Positions 62,398 through 64,000 of a DNA stretch of 64,000 nt are shown piece by piece. This DNA comes from Felis catus. Taxonomy: Eukaryota. Position numbers and translations under genes: made by a program. The DNA lies in assembly GCF_018350175.1 (NCBI RefSeq), contig NC_058368.1:164550001-164614000 (forward strand). Reading direction: 5' to 3'. A model generated the notes under the pieces. It saw nothing but the letters and a program-made list of their open reading frames with translations, was not told where the DNA came from and did not search any database. The first letter of the stretch is position 1, and each line of letters begins with the position of its first letter.

Positions 62398-63859
62398 CTA
62401 GCACAAACATGGACACATAGATCAATGGAAAAGAATAAAGAGCCCAGAAAGAAACCTGCACTTATATGGCCAGTTAATCTATGACAAAGGAGGCAAGAAT
62501 ATGCAATAGGGAAATGACAGTCTCTTCAACAACCGGTGCCTGGAAAAATGGACAGCAACATGCTAAAGAATGAAACTGGACCACTTTTTAACACCATATA
62601 TAAACATAAACTCGAAAGGGATTAAAGATGTAAATATGATACCTTAAACCATAAAACTCTTAGAACACAGGCAGTAATTTCTTTGACATTGGCTGTAGCA
62701 ACATTTTTCTACACATTTCTCTTGAGGCAAGGGAAACAAAAGCAAAAATAAATTATTGGGACTACATTAAAATCTTGTGCACAGCAAAGGAAACCGGGAA
62801 CAAAATGAAAAGGCGACCCAAGCAAATGGGGGAAGCTACTTGCAAATGATATATCTGATATAAGTTTAATGTCCAAAATATATAAAGAATATATACTATT
62901 CACCAAAAAAACAAACAATCCAAATAAAAAATGGGTAGAAGATATGAACAGGCATTTTTCCAAAGAAGACATACAGATAGCCAAAAGACACATGAAAAGA
63001 TGGTCAGCATCGTTAATTATTAGGGAAATGCAAATAAAAACCACAATGAGGTATCACCTTACACCTGTCAGAATGGCTAGAGTAAAACACAAGAAATAAC
63101 AAGTGTTGGTGAGGATGTAGAGAAAAAGGAATCCTTGTGCACTGTTGATGGAAATGTAAAGTGGTACAGCCAATGTGAAAAACAGTATGGAGGTTTTTCA
63201 AAAAATTAAAAATAGAAATACCACATGATCCAATAATTCCACTATTGGATTTTTACTCAAAGAAAATGAAAAACTAATTTGAAAAGATATTTGCACCTCT
63301 GTGTTTATTTCAGCATTATCTATAATGGTCATGATATGGATGCAACCTAAGTGTCCATCAGTATATGAATGGATAACTAAGATGTGGTATACACACACAC
63401 ACGCCCCACAATTGAATATTACACCACCATAAAAAGGATGAGATCTTGCCAGTTGCAACAACATAGATGAACCTAGAGGATATTATGCTAGATGAATTAA
63501 CTCAGAAGGAGAAAGACAGATACTGTGTGATTTTACTCATGCGTGGAATCTAAAAAACAAATGAATAAAAAAACAAACAAAAAGCAAAATCAGACTTATA
63601 AATACAGAGAGCAAACCTATGGTTGCCAGAGGGAAGGAAAGTGAAATGATGGGCGAACAGGTGAAAGGAATGGAATGAATAAGTCATGGGAATAAAGGGT
63701 ACAGCCTAGGGAATATATTCAATGGTATTAAAATAACAGTGTATGATGATGGATGGTAGCTACACTTGTGGTGATTATAGCATGACATGTAGAGATGTTG
63801 AATCACTATGTTGCACACCTGAAACTAATGTAAAATTGTCAACTATACGCAAATAAAAG

Positions 63860-63894
<35 letters not shown>

Positions 63895-63895
63895 A
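62398..63895 (+). mobile_element. 5'-truncated carnivore L1 (ORF2 C-terminus + 3'UTR + (TAAA)n tail)
   Basis: ORF 62869-63099 ([17 protein letters not shown]...[20 protein letters not shown]) is L1 ORF2. Imperfect TSD AATAAATAA(T/A)GTTT(T/G)TA at 62381-62397 and 63886-63902. Confidence 0.96.
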
Positions 63896-64000
63896 GTTTG
63901 TAAAAGTACCTTTTATACCCAAATTTTCAAAGTGTCAATTATTATCACTTGAATATAAAATTGGATGGATAAGTATTCAAATGGGTTGAGGTTTCTTTTT

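Overview
AT-rich mammalian genomic DNA. The organism is almost certainly a felid: the young SINEs match the feline CanSINE (SINEC_Fc-type) pattern and the LINE-1s are carnivore-type. I recognise no protein-coding exon of an intact gene, and most ORFs in the track are SINE, L1 or low-complexity artefacts. The window holds about 19 CanSINEs (most with visible target-site duplications), several L1 copies, L2/MIR relics, MaLR/ERV solo LTRs, hAT-type DNA transposon relics and microsatellites. It also contains an intronless, doubly truncated RALA pseudogene fragment (32982-33300). The most unusual observations are: (1) an array of about nine 55-bp units with inverted ends, arranged as a larger inverted repeat, at 35603-36093; (2) an L1 with both ends and its TSD intact but ORF1 and the endonuclease removed, fusing a 5'UTR ATG in-frame to the RT region (49550-53424); (3) a ~93-nt hairpin in a GC-richer unique island (14718-14810); (4) a ~19-kb CanSINE-free interval with enhancer-like motif clusters. 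Repeat family names are from recalled consensus sequences and need confirmation with Dfam/RepeatMasker. Boundaries of old repeats are approximate.
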